Shown: piece after piece, positions 38,160 to 48,600 of the stretch
Numbering within the stretch: position 1 is the first letter of the stretch
Layout of the letters: each line of letters begins with the position of its first letter
From: Elusimicrobiota bacterium
Lineage (GTDB): Bacteria; CG03; SLGR01; PWQF01
NCBI GenBank assembly: GCA_003557485.1
Contig: PWOI01000078.1
Coordinates: 1 to 60,499, forward strand
Direction of reading: 5' to 3'
Length of the DNA stretch: 60,499 bases
The notes under the pieces: generated by a model
Told to the model about the DNA's origin: nothing
What the model saw: only the letters and a program-made list of their open reading frames with translations
Databases searched by the model: none
Translations under genes and position numbers: made by a program

Positions 38160-38759
38160 GTGGAAAAAACAGAACTTAAAAATATTGTTGAGTGCCTTCT
38201 TTTTGTTTCTTCAAAGCCGCTGAGGGTTGATAAGCTAGCTGCCATCGTGGAGGTGCCAAGAGAAGATATCGAAGAGTCCCTCCAGGCACTTACCCTTGAA
38301 TATTCTTCCGGAAACCGTCCTGTTTTCATACAGGAGGTCGCAGGCGGCGTCAGAATAGCTTCCCGCCAGAAATACGGGCCGTATGTCAAGAAACTGTTTG
38401 AAGGGCGCCTGACATATAATTTATCAGCGGCGGCCCTTGAAACTCTTGCGATTATTGCTTACCGCCAGCCGGTAACCATGCAGGATATAGAACAGATAAG
38501 GGGTGTTTCCTCTTCAGGTGTTGTAAGAGGCCTTCTGGAAAAACGCCTCATAAAACTGGCAGGAAGGAAAGAAGCCCTAGGCAGGCCTCTCCTCTATAGA
38601 ACAAGTGAAGAATTCCTGGAGTATTTCGGCCTGCAGTCTCTCTCTGACATTCCTCCACTTGAGGAACTCGGGATAGAAGAAGAAGTAGAAGGTCTGGCCG
38701 CCGGGAAGCAGGAAGAAAGTCATGTGGAGGTTGCTGAAGATAATGAAAGAAATACGTAA
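38160..38759 (+). CDS. scpB: Segregation and condensation protein B
   Basis: LSAAALETLAIIAYRQPVT..IEQIRGV, GRPLLY.T..FL.YFGL. Confidence 0.96.
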   Translation: MEKTELKNIVECLLFVSSKPLRVDKLAAIVEVPREDIEESLQALTLEYSSGNRPVFIQEVAGGVRIASRQKYGPYVKKLFEGRLTYNLSAAALETLAIIAYRQPVTMQDIEQIRGVSSSGVVRGLLEKRLIKLAGRKEALGRPLLYRTSEEFLEYFGLQSLSDIPPLEELGIEEEVEGLAAGKQEESHVEVAEDNERNT

Positions 38760-39840
38760 GAAAATAGATAATATAGATACTCAACTGGCTGATTTGCTTG
38801 ACAAAAGGGCTGATCTGGTCAGAGAAATAGGAAAAATGAAGAAAGATTCCGGTGAACCTGTATTTGCACCTGGACGGGAAAAGAAGATTATAGAGAAAAT
38901 CCTGACGGCATCAGAAACGGAAAGAGGGCTTCCGGCACATGCAAAAATTAATATTTTCAGCGAAATAATGGCTGCATGCCGAGCCTTGCAGAAAGAGCTG
39001 AGAATAAGTTTCCTCGGCCCGGAGGCCACATTTACCCATCAGGCGGCTGTGCAGCAATTCTCTGACTACTGCATATATCTGCCCGCTTCTACTATAAGGG
39101 GAGTATTCAGAGAAGTTGAAAATAAAAGGGCTGACTACGGCGTTGTACCGGTTGAGAACTCAAGCGAAGGCATAGTTTCGCACACTCTTGACATGTTTTT
39201 TGATTCCGAATGCAAAATATGCGCGGAAATGCTTATGAAAATATCCCATAATTTGCTCTCTAAAGAAAAAGATTTAAGCGATATAAAAACGGTTTATTCA
39301 AAGGACCAGGCACTGGCCCAATGCAGCATCTGGCTGGAAGAACATCTTCCCGGAGCCAGCTATGTTGAGGTTTCTTCAACTGCAGAAGCGGCCAAAAAGG
39401 CGGCTTCCGAAAAAAACGCGGCGGCTATTGCGTCTATAGCGGCAAAAGATGTTTACGGGCTGCAGCTGCTTGAAGAAAACATAGAAGATGCAAGTGAAAA
39501 CATAACACGTTTTTTTGTTATCGGCAGAGATTACACACCCCCGTCGGGAGACGATAAGACATCGATAATGTTTTCAATAAAGGATAGAGTAGGGGCGCTT
39601 CACGACATGCTGGCACCCTTCAGGAAAAACTCAATTAACCTTACAAAAATCGAATCCAGGCCTTCAAAGATAAAGGCATGGGAATATTTATTCTTTATAG
39701 ATATGCAGGGGCATATAGAAGAGGAAAAAGTTAAAAAAGCCGTAAACTCCCTTGAAAAAGACAGCGTTTTTCTCAAGGTTTTGGGTTCCTATCCTCTTGC
39801 CAAAAGCCTTTCCGGAGAAAACCCGCAGAAAAACCAATGA
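38743..39840 (+). CDS. pheA: Chorismate mutase / prephenate dehydratase (P-protein)
   Basis: R..ID.ID chorismate mutase domain, FLGPEATF, VPVENSSEG, NITRF, INLTKIESRP; likely start ATG 38743. Confidence 0.96.
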   Translation: MKEIRKKIDNIDTQLADLLDKRADLVREIGKMKKDSGEPVFAPGREKKIIEKILTASETERGLPAHAKINIFSEIMAACRALQKELRISFLGPEATFTHQAAVQQFSDYCIYLPASTIRGVFREVENKRADYGVVPVENSSEGIVSHTLDMFFDSECKICAEMLMKISHNLLSKEKDLSDIKTVYSKDQALAQCSIWLEEHLPGASYVEVSSTAEAAKKAASEKNAAAIASIAAKDVYGLQLLEENIEDASENITRFFVIGRDYTPPSGDDKTSIMFSIKDRVGALHDMLAPFRKNSINLTKIESRPSKIKAWEYLFFIDMQGHIEEEKVKKAVNSLEKDSVFLKVLGSYPLAKSLSGENPQKNQ

Positions 39841-40955
39841 GCCTTCCCGCCCTCAGAAAAGGAATAGATAAACTGAGCCCCTATACCGCCGGGAAAGGCA
39901 TAGAGGAGATCAGGAAGAAATATAATCTTGAGGAGGCATTAAAACTTGCCTCCAATGAAAATCTCTGGGGAACATCGGAGGCAGCGCGCCTGGCCATAGA
40001 GAGAGAGCTTGATAAAATTAATATATACCCGGATCCGGGTGCAAAAACGCTTACGGAGGCCCTGGCCGAAAAGCATTCTGTAAACCCGGAGAATATAATA
40101 AACGGTAACGGTACCGATGAAATAATTGAATTGGCCGCAAAGGCTTTCCTGGACAGGGGAGACAGTGTTGTTACTGCTTCCGGGTCATTTGTTCGCTATA
40201 AAATGGCGGCAATGCTTATGGGATGCAACTGCGCCGAGGCACCCAGGAAGGATCATAGAATATCGGTAGATGCTTTGTGCGCTGAAATGGACTCTTCCAC
40301 AAAACTTATATTTATTGATAATCCATCAAACCCACAGGGAACCTATATCACAGGAGAAGAGATAGAAAAGATTATAAATAATATTAAAAACACCGGAATA
40401 AACGCCTTACTTGTAATTGACGAAGCTTACTACGAATATGCAGAAAGCGAACCGGGTTACAAAAGCGCCCTTAATTATTTAAACTCCGGCATCCCCATAA
40501 TGGTACTTAGGACTTTTTCCAAAGCGTACGGACTTGCCGGGTTAAGAATAGGTTACGGAATATCATCTCCTGAGATAATTTCGGCTCTGGGAAGAGTAAA
40601 ACCTCCTTTCAACACAAACCGTCTTGCCCAGGCCGCCGCGACGGCAGCGCTTACCGATACCGCGTTCATAAGAAAAACAGTAGAGGAAACTAAAAAAGAA
40701 AAAGAATTTCTCTACGCAGAATTTAAGAAACTGGGATTTGAGAGCGTACCGTCTGCTGCTAACTTCATACTGACCAAGGTAGGTGAAGAGTATGCAGAAG
40801 AAATCTGCGCTTTTCTCGAAAAAAAGGGGATTATTGTAAGGCCGCTGGCCGGATACTACTATCCCGGATATTTAAGGTTTACTATAGGGACGAGGCCGCA
40901 TAATGTAAAACTTCTGAAAGCAGTTAAAGATTATTTTGCCTCAGGGAAACAGTAG
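39837..40955 (+). CDS. hisC: Histidinol-phosphate / aromatic aminotransferase
   Basis: KLASNEN, GNGTDE, DEAYYEY, RTFSKAYGLAGLRIGY. Confidence 0.93.
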   Translation: MSLPALRKGIDKLSPYTAGKGIEEIRKKYNLEEALKLASNENLWGTSEAARLAIERELDKINIYPDPGAKTLTEALAEKHSVNPENIINGNGTDEIIELAAKAFLDRGDSVVTASGSFVRYKMAAMLMGCNCAEAPRKDHRISVDALCAEMDSSTKLIFIDNPSNPQGTYITGEEIEKIINNIKNTGINALLVIDEAYYEYAESEPGYKSALNYLNSGIPIMVLRTFSKAYGLAGLRIGYGISSPEIISALGRVKPPFNTNRLAQAAATAALTDTAFIRKTVEETKKEKEFLYAEFKKLGFESVPSAANFILTKVGEEYAEEICAFLEKKGIIVRPLAGYYYPGYLRFTIGTRPHNVKLLKAVKDYFASGKQ

Positions 40956-40983
40956 GGTTATTTAAGAAAGGAGAATATGTAAA

Positions 40984-41994
40984 GTGATACTTACGCTAAA
41001 AAACACCGCCACAGAAAAACAGATACAGGAAATAGAGGAAAGGATAAAGCAGCTTGGCTGCGTTCCTGAAATTTCAAAAGGAGAAGAGAAAGTAATAATA
41101 CTGGTCAAAGGGGAACACGCAAGCGTCCATAAAGATATATTTGACGCCTATTCTGCCGTCGATTTCATAACGGTAATATCCGAACCGTACAAACTGGTAT
41201 CTAAGCACTGGAAAGAAAAACATGTTGTTGATGTATGCGGGATAAAAATTGGAGAAAAAAAGATTCCGGTAGCCGGCGGCCCCTGTTCGGTGGAGAGCTA
41301 TGAATCAACGCTTGAAATAGCAAACCTCATAAAAAAATCCGGCGCTGTATTTTTAAGAGGCGGAGCTTACAAGCCGAGAACCTCGCCGTATTCCTTTCAG
41401 GGAATGAGGGAAGAAGGACTGAAAATACTCCAGGAAGTAAGCCGTAAGACAGGCCTTAAAATCATAACCGAAGCTATGGACATAAGCCAGATAGAATATG
41501 TGGAAAAATATGCTGATGTAATACAGATAGGTGCGCGCAATATGCAGAATTTTGAACTTCTTAAAGCCTGCGGAAAGTCTTCCAAACCGGTTCTTCTGAA
41601 AAGAGGGTTTTCCAATACTGTAACAGAACTTCTCATGAGCGCCGAATATATTGCTTCAGAGGGGAACACCGACATAATACTCTGTGAGAGGGGAATCAGA
41701 ACTTTTTCCGACCACACAAGGTTTACCCTTGACATATCTGCTGTCCCTGTGCTTAAGAAGATGTCAAACCTTCCCGTTGTTGTAGACCCATCACACCCGG
41801 CTGGGAAAAGAGACCTGGTTGAGCCTCTGACCCTGGCCTCCGTGGCTGCCGGAGCGGACGGGCTTCTTATAGAAGTACATACCGACCCGGAACATGCCGC
41901 CTCCGACGGAGCACAGACAGTTAACCCGGAGCAATTTGAAGAGATAATGAAAAAATCCGCCAGGATAGCTGCCGTGGTGGGAAGGACTCTGTGA
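40984..41994 (+). CDS. aroF: DAHP synthase, class I-beta, with N-terminal regulatory domain
   Basis: GPCSVE, RGGAYKPRTSPYSFQG, QIGARNMQNF, CERGIRTF, DPSH. Confidence 0.95.
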   Translation: MILTLKNTATEKQIQEIEERIKQLGCVPEISKGEEKVIILVKGEHASVHKDIFDAYSAVDFITVISEPYKLVSKHWKEKHVVDVCGIKIGEKKIPVAGGPCSVESYESTLEIANLIKKSGAVFLRGGAYKPRTSPYSFQGMREEGLKILQEVSRKTGLKIITEAMDISQIEYVEKYADVIQIGARNMQNFELLKACGKSSKPVLLKRGFSNTVTELLMSAEYIASEGNTDIILCERGIRTFSDHTRFTLDISAVPVLKKMSNLPVVVDPSHPAGKRDLVEPLTLASVAAGADGLLIEVHTDPEHAASDGAQTVNPEQFEEIMKKSARIAAVVGRTL

Positions 41995-42862
41995 AGTATA
42001 AAAAAGTTTCAATCCTGGGAGTAGGACTTATAGGGGGATCGTTAGGCAGAGACCTGCTAAAAAAGGGACTGGCCGGAGAAGTCGCCGGATGGGGCCGCTG
42101 CCAACAGCGACTTGACAAAGCAGTTAAAGCAGGAGCCTGCAGCAGCGCAGTCACTTCAATGATGGAAGTGCTCAAAGGTGCTGACGTAGTAATACTCTGC
42201 ACTCCGGTTGAGATAATTGCAAAACATTTAAGGGAAATAGGACCCCTTGTAAAAGAAGGAGCTCTTCTTATGGATGTTGGGAGCGTAAAGGAATCTATAG
42301 TAGACACAGCGGCCGGTGCCGGCCTTATAAGCGCGGGTAAAGAATTTGTCGGCACCCACCCCATGGCAGGATCCGAAAAATCCGGAGTAGAAAGCTCTCG
42401 GGAAGGACTTTTCCGCGGGGCGCCATGCATAATAACTCCACATAAAAAAAATTCACCTTCCGCAATTGAAAAGGCTGTTCAATTCTGGAAGGAACTGGAT
42501 GCTAAAGTAATACAGATGACTCCCGCCCAGCATGACCTTACGGTGGGTTTTGTAAGCCACCTGCCGCACATAGTCTCAACAGTTCTTTCTAAAGTCTGCG
42601 GGGGTTCCCTGGAAAATATTGAAGATGCCGCAATAGCGGCAGGGCCGAGTTTCAGTGACCTTACAAGGATTGCAGGTGCATCGCCTCAACTGTGGTCCCA
42701 GATTTACCTTCAAAACAGAGACCAGGTTCTCAAGGCTGTGGATGAGTTTCTAAATTCGCTAAAGGATTTCAAGAAAATACTGAAAAAAACAACAGAGAAG
42801 AGGTTGAGCGTTTTATAGAGGAAGGCGTACGCTTAAGGAACAGGGAAAACCAGGGAGAATAA
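41991..42862 (+). CDS. tyrA: Prephenate/arogenate dehydrogenase; as sequenced ends at 42818, probable frameshift in A7 at 42783-42789
   Basis: GVGLIGGS, DVGSVK, HPMAGSE.SG, HD....SHLPH, TRIA. Adding one A gives the helical end NNREEVERFIEEGVRLRNRENQGE* with TAA at 42860-42862. Confidence 0.9.
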
Positions 42863-42866
42863 GAAA

Positions 42867-44165
42867 ATTTCAGAAAAACTAAAAACAATCAGTCCCGCTG
42901 TAAGGATTTCCGGGAAGATCCGGGTAAGCCCGGATAAATCCATATCACACCGAGCTGCAATTTTTTCCGCACTGGCAAGCGGACGCTCCCGGATTAAGAA
43001 CTTCTTAAAGGCAGAAGACTGCCTGAATACACTCAGGGTTCTGAAGAAACTGGGTGTTCGGATAGAAGAAGAGGATGACGGAACCCTTATTGTAGACGGA
43101 GAAGGGCGAAGTTCACTTAAAAAACCTCACGGCAAACTGAATTTCGGCAACTCTGCAACGGGAATGAGACTGATGGCCGGGGTACTTGCCGGACAGAATT
43201 TTCCTTCTACTTTGACCGGGGACAAATCTCTTTCGGGAAGGCCTATGCAGCGTATAACTTCACCCCTCACAAAAATGGGAGCAGATGTGACCGCGCGCGA
43301 AGGGTTCTATCCTCCCTTGAAAATAAAACCGGCAACTTTAAAGAGCATTGATTATACAACGCCCATTCCCAGCGCGCAGATAAAATCCTGTGTTCTTCTT
43401 GCCGGACTCTTTGCTAATGGAAAAACTTCGGTTACCGAAGAGTATAAATCGCGTGACCATACCGAAAGAATGATGAGATACTTTGAAATACCGGTAGATA
43501 TAAACGAAAACACCGTTTCTGTAACAGGCGGCGTTAACTGGCCCGGCAAATCAATAACAATTCCGGGAGATTTTTCTTCCGCAGCTTTTTTTATTGCCGC
43601 GACCCTTCTTCTTGAAGACAGCCGCCTGCTAATAAAAGATGTAAATCTTAATCCAACACGTACCGGTTTTATGAACGCAGCAATGAAAATGGGCGCGGAG
43701 ATTCAGATTTTAAATGAAAAGACCATATGCGGAGAACATGCCGGTGACATTGAAATTAAAAGCAGTCACCTTAAAGGAATAAGAATTTCAGGTGCGGATA
43801 TCCCGGCAGTCATAGATGAAGTTCCTCTTCTAGCACTGCTTGCCTCAAAAGCCTCCGGAAAAACTGTAATCGAAGACGCCGGAGAGCTGAGAAAAAAAGA
43901 AACAGACCGTCTTCATGCAACTGCAACCCAACTCAACAATATGGGAGTAAACATAGATGAACAAGCTGATTCCCTGATAATAACCGGCAACCCCGGCGCC
44001 TTAAGAGGCTCGCGTGTTGACAGTTATGAGGATCACCGGATAGCTATGATGCTTTCGGTTGCCGCGCTGGCTGCTCACGGCGACACTTTCATAGAAAAAG
44101 CGGATTGTGTAAATGTTTCTTTTCCGGATTTTTATTCAATTCTTGAGGAATGCATTGAAAGATAG
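42867..44165 (+). CDS. aroA: 3-phosphoshikimate 1-carboxyvinyltransferase; true start lies about 300 bp upstream of the track ORF, at an ATT codon
   Basis: The in-frame upstream sequence encodes PDKSISHRA and GNSATGMRL; RPM, SAQIKS, RDHTE, KETDR and DHRIAM follow. SD AGGGAG lies 9 nt before ATT 42867. Confidence 0.92.
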   Translation: MSEKLKTISPAVRISGKIRVSPDKSISHRAAIFSALASGRSRIKNFLKAEDCLNTLRVLKKLGVRIEEEDDGTLIVDGEGRSSLKKPHGKLNFGNSATGMRLMAGVLAGQNFPSTLTGDKSLSGRPMQRITSPLTKMGADVTAREGFYPPLKIKPATLKSIDYTTPIPSAQIKSCVLLAGLFANGKTSVTEEYKSRDHTERMMRYFEIPVDINENTVSVTGGVNWPGKSITIPGDFSSAAFFIAATLLLEDSRLLIKDVNLNPTRTGFMNAAMKMGAEIQILNEKTICGEHAGDIEIKSSHLKGIRISGADIPAVIDEVPLLALLASKASGKTVIEDAGELRKKETDRLHATATQLNNMGVNIDEQADSLIITGNPGALRGSRVDSYEDHRIAMMLSVAALAAHGDTFIEKADCVNVSFPDFYSILEECIER

Positions 44166-44823
44166 GGTTATTATTACCATAGACGGACCGGCAGGCGCCG
44201 GCAAAACAACCATAGCCAAAAAGGTTGCCGGCAGATTGGGTTTCCGATACATAGATACCGGGGCAATGTACCGGGCAGCAACACTTAAGGTTCTGGAGTC
44301 AAAGATCCCCTTTAACAATACGGAAGAAATCGCAAAGGCTGTTAACAAAAGCGAGATTTCTCTGGATTTCTCCGGAGATGAAATGCAGGTTTTTCTGGAT
44401 GGAAAAGATGTCAGTGAAAAAATAAGGAGCGAAGAAGTTACAGAAAACACATCACTGATAGCAGCTATGGGCCCTATACGTGGAAAACTTGTGGCGATAC
44501 AGCGCAGCAGCGCGGAAAAATTCAAAAAAGCAGTTTTTGAAGGAAGAGATACCGGAACGATTGTTTTTCCCGACGCCGACCTTAAAATTTATCTTGATGC
44601 GGGAATACTCCAGCGCGCCCAACGACGCTGCAGGGAAATTGAAAGCCGGGGGGAAACAGTAGATCTGGATAAACTGCAGCGGCAGATAAAGGAAAGAGAC
44701 AGAAAGGATTCCTCCCGGGGTATTGCTCCTTTAAGAGTGCCGGAAGACGCAGTAATAATAGATTCAACCAGTATGACAATAGAGCAGGTAACGGATAAAA
44801 TCGTTGAACTTCTGGATCAGTAA
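44155..44823 (+). CDS. cmk: Cytidylate kinase
   Basis: ITIDGPAGAGKTT, DTGAMYRA, EGRDTGTIVFPDA; likely TTG start at 44155. Confidence 0.95.
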   Translation: MKDRVIITIDGPAGAGKTTIAKKVAGRLGFRYIDTGAMYRAATLKVLESKIPFNNTEEIAKAVNKSEISLDFSGDEMQVFLDGKDVSEKIRSEEVTENTSLIAAMGPIRGKLVAIQRSSAEKFKKAVFEGRDTGTIVFPDADLKIYLDAGILQRAQRRCREIESRGETVDLDKLQRQIKERDRKDSSRGIAPLRVPEDAVIIDSTSMTIEQVTDKIVELLDQ

Positions 44824-45388
44824 GTATTTCTCATATATTATCTTTAAGCTTTTTTACCGGTTGAAAATAAACGGCCATGATAATCTGCCATCCAGCGGCG
44901 GCTATATACTGGCCGCAAACCATAACTCCCTGGCAGACCCTCCTCTTGTAGCTGCTGCTGTAAAAACAAAACTTAACTTTATGGCTAAAGAAGAACTTTT
45001 CCGTATTCCTTTTTTCGGATCATTCATACGCAACGCAAATGCTTTTCCGGTTAAGAGGGATGTAACTGATAAAAAAGCAATAAAGAGGTCCCTTAAAATA
45101 CTCAGGAGCGGAGAAAGGCTTCTTATTTTTCCGGAAGGCGGAAGATTTGACTCGGGAAAAGCTTTAACGGGCATATCATACCTTGCCCATAAAACAGGCG
45201 TACCTGTAATTCCTGTTGGGCTGGTCAACAATTATGATTTTCATCTTCTGAAACGAATATATGTAAACATTGGACTACCCGTAAATTTCGAGAAACCTCC
45301 GCATAAAAAATCCCAAAAAAAGGAATACGATTTTTTTGCCTCACATATACTGAAGGAAATTTATAAACTGTCCGCCAATACCGTATAA
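44804..45388 (+). CDS. plsC: 1-acyl-sn-glycerol-3-phosphate acyltransferase
   Basis: NH.S.AD, FMAKEELF, IFPEG.R, VPVIPV. Confidence 0.9.
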   Translation: MNFWISKYFSYIIFKLFYRLKINGHDNLPSSGGYILAANHNSLADPPLVAAAVKTKLNFMAKEELFRIPFFGSFIRNANAFPVKRDVTDKKAIKRSLKILRSGERLLIFPEGGRFDSGKALTGISYLAHKTGVPVIPVGLVNNYDFHLLKRIYVNIGLPVNFEKPPHKKSQKKEYDFFASHILKEIYKLSANTV

Positions 45389-45393
45389 CTTTT

Positions 45394-45422
45394 TTGTCTT
45401 AAAATATATTTATAGTTATAGT
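45394..45422 (+). promoter_or_regulatory. Putative sigma70 promoter for the Arg-repeat microprotein
   Basis: TTGTCT-17bp-TATAGT followed by SD GGGAGG. Confidence 0.5.
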
Positions 45423-45448
45423 CAGTATGAGCAGGGGAGGGCATTACT

Positions 45449-45607
45449 ATGAAAGAAAGACGGGTATCCGGAGAACGCAGAAAAAAACAGAGAAGAAGCG
45501 GTGAATGCAGGCGCAAGGAAAATAAAAAGGACTGCTGTGAAAAACGTTCTGGAAAAGACAGAAGAAAAGGCGACAGACGGAGCGGAAAAGACAGAAGAAA
45601 GAATTAA
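45449..45607 (+). CDS. 52-aa Arg-rich tandem-repeat microprotein (absent from the ORF track)
   Basis: MKERRVSGERRKKQRRSGECRRKENKKDCCEKRSGKDRRKGDRRSGKDRRKN; strong SD; fills the plsC-activase gap. Confidence 0.75.
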   Translation: MKERRVSGERRKKQRRSGECRRKENKKDCCEKRSGKDRRKGDRRSGKDRRKN

Positions 45608-45625
45608 TCCCGCCAGATCTCTATC

Positions 45626-48600
45626 TTATAAAAGATGGGTAAACCCCTCCAATATGTCTCTATCTGGCGCTTCACCATAATAGGAAAGGCTTAAGACCGG
45701 AAACCTGTATTGACGTGCAATACGGTTTAGCTGTGTCTCACCTATTCTTGTAGGCATACACTCAAAAGGTCCCACCACAACCGCTGCATCTATTTCTTTC
45801 TTTTTCCATAAAAGCAGGGGAAGCCCTATCGTCAATGCCGCCTCACCAAGAGGCTTGAGGTCTTTAAGATAATCGCGGGCCTCTTCAAGAATTTCTACCA
45901 CCGGATGGTCCTCAGGCCAGTCAAGGGCATCGGCAAAAATACCGTATATTTTTCTCTCTATCATTTCCTGAACAGCAGTACCCGCCCTTATTTTAAAGGG
46001 ATTAGACTTTGGGAGGGTGAGTCCTTGACGGCGAAGCCAGTTTACATAGTTAATCCACTCCCTGAAGGGAGCAAGCTTTATTTTAACACCCAGGCTCTCA
46101 AGCTCACCGATCACATTATTATTTGAGAAACTGTTGAGCCGTAGAAATATTTCCCCGGTCACGAGAACAGTCGGCTTATTCATCTTGGAATCATCCCTCA
46201 ATATTTCCTTAAAGGATTTTGCCGCTTTGCGTGAGAGTTCTTCAATGCCCCACAGGGTTCTCACTCCTTTCCAGCTGCAACTGTTTTTATTAGCAGTCTT
46301 TTCAATTTCTGAAAGATATAAGTCAAATATTTTCTGCGTTGAACCTTCATTTTTTTCTTCAGGGCGGATATCAAGAAGAGCGTCCCTCAAAATGTCGGTA
46401 AATACGGTAGCCGCCCATGCTTTTGCCATTGAAGGTCCGTTTATCTGCTGGTTGTACCCGGAAACAGAAGATGGAGATATTATTTCAACCCGCTGGCCGA
46501 ATCCGGCTTTTTCCAGCGCAATACGGAAAAGAAGATGATATTTACCGAACCTGCAGGGTCCATCGGCGCGGGGCATCATGTAATAGTAACTCCCTTCATT
46601 ATTTTCCAGAAACTTAAGAAGCCCTCCTAGGGTTATTATCATAGGAAGGCACTCTTTACCCGATGTATACCTGCGGCCCAATTCAAGGTGTTCCTTTGTG
46701 TCGGGAGGCAGGGCTAAAGCATTTGCTCCTATTGAATTCAATACAGCAGCCGCCGTTGAAGATGTCTCTCCCATGTTCGGGATGAGGATTTTCCCGCCGT
46801 TATTCATCGCAGCGGAAACCGTAACAGTAGAGCAAAGGTCTTCAAAATCCGTGTAATCTTCCTTTTCCGGATAGACATAATTCCGTATGCCGTATATGAA
46901 AGCTTCAATGCGTGTGTTAAACCCGGCCTGCCCGGTATATGCATCGGATTCAAGTATTGCATAAGGTTTGCCGTGGCATATGTACTGAAAAAAATGAATC
47001 AGGAAACTGTCCGGCCCGCAGGAATATACCGACAGCCACAGCGGGTAGACTCCACGGGTTTTCCTTATGTCCTGCGCTGCCTGAAGAAGGTCGCGTCCGT
47101 AACCCCAGAAAATACGGTTAAAACCTTTCAAGCCGCTTTTAAACGGATAACATGAGGCCGGTATTGCTACCGCTCCGCTCTGGCGGATTGAATCCGGTAT
47201 TCCTGATGAAATAAGGGGGGAATTAACTATGTAGGGATGGCCCAGAACAACAACTGCAGGAAGATTATTTTTCTCAGCGAATTCAAGGGCGTTTCTTCCC
47301 GTTTCAAGGCAGTCTCTAACGAATGCCTGCTGCGCGGCAAGGCCGGCCCTGAAAGCGGAACGTATAGAAGAAGATGAAACCTTAAGTATTTTTCTCAGCC
47401 TGAGAAACTCTTTCAGATTTTTTTTCAGTCCGTTTTTTAAATTGAGAACCGGACTGACAACGCAGCCTGTAAGCCTGGGAGATAGCATATCAGGCGCAGC
47501 CTGCGAAAGAGGACAGGCGTAACAGCGTCCTTCGTTATTACTGTTATTTCTGGATGATACCTCCAGAATCTTGGGCAGGAATATAAAATTTTCATTTTCC
47601 TGTACTTTTGCCTGACCGGCTACAATCTGGAGCGGAGCGCAGAAAGTTGAATCGCAAAGCCCTGCGCCTTTTTCAATAAGAGACATACCCCAATCTTCTA
47701 TAATTTTAACCTGAAATCCCAAACTCCTGAAAAAGGCAGCCGAAAAGGGGAGTATTTCTTCTGTTTCCAGCCCGCGCGGTATCCCTACTGTTTCAGCTTT
47801 GCCAGAGCCCTTATCCGTATAACTGCGTATAAGCTTCTCCCTTTCCGCAAAAACATCAGGAATCTTTGCAGCAAGAGCTTTTTCTCCGGAAGCGCTTTCA
47901 AACTTATCACAGGCGCCGCCCCAGAAAAAAATTTTTTCTTTTCCTGAAAGACTAACCTTTATTCTGTGTATGGTACAAAGGTTTCCGTCTGTACATCCGG
48001 TCGTGGAAGTGCACCTGAAGGTTTTTCGCTCTGTTATGCGGCTTTCAAGAAACTGTCCAAAGTCCGGTAAAACCCCGCCGGCAAATTTTCCGCTAAGTTC
48101 TTTTGCGGTAAGAACAGCTATACCCAGAGCGCCCGGTGTTCCCGGAGAAGGAGGAACAGTTATTTCTCTTTCGGTAACCGCCGACAGGGCGGCGGCAAGT
48201 GCTATATTGGTTGCAGGCTTGCCCTGAAGAAATATTTTTTTGCCGTATTCCCTCCCTCCCTTTACCCGGTTATCGTAATTAAGAACAATTGAATAATACA
48301 GGCCTGCCACAATCTCGTCGATAGCTGCTCCTTTACGTTTTACCTCGTCTATCTGCTCCGATATAAATACTGCACAATGCTGGCCAAGATCAACAGCCCT
48401 GGGGGCCTGCAGAGCCATTTCACCGAACTTTTCAACATTTTCAATTCCCAGGCAGCTTAACTGTTCCGCAAGGAATGATCCGGTTCCTGCGGAACAAACG
48501 GTATTCATACAGGAATCAATAACCCGGCCGGAATCCAGCCTTACATATTTGGCATCCTGTCCGCCTATATCAACAACAGTGTCTACACTGTTGTCGTAAA

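Noticed and set aside
41991-44165. tyrA-aroA fusion
   Set aside because: There are two in-frame stops as sequenced, and the frameshift-corrected tyrA has its own TAA at 42860 followed by an SD-led aroA start.
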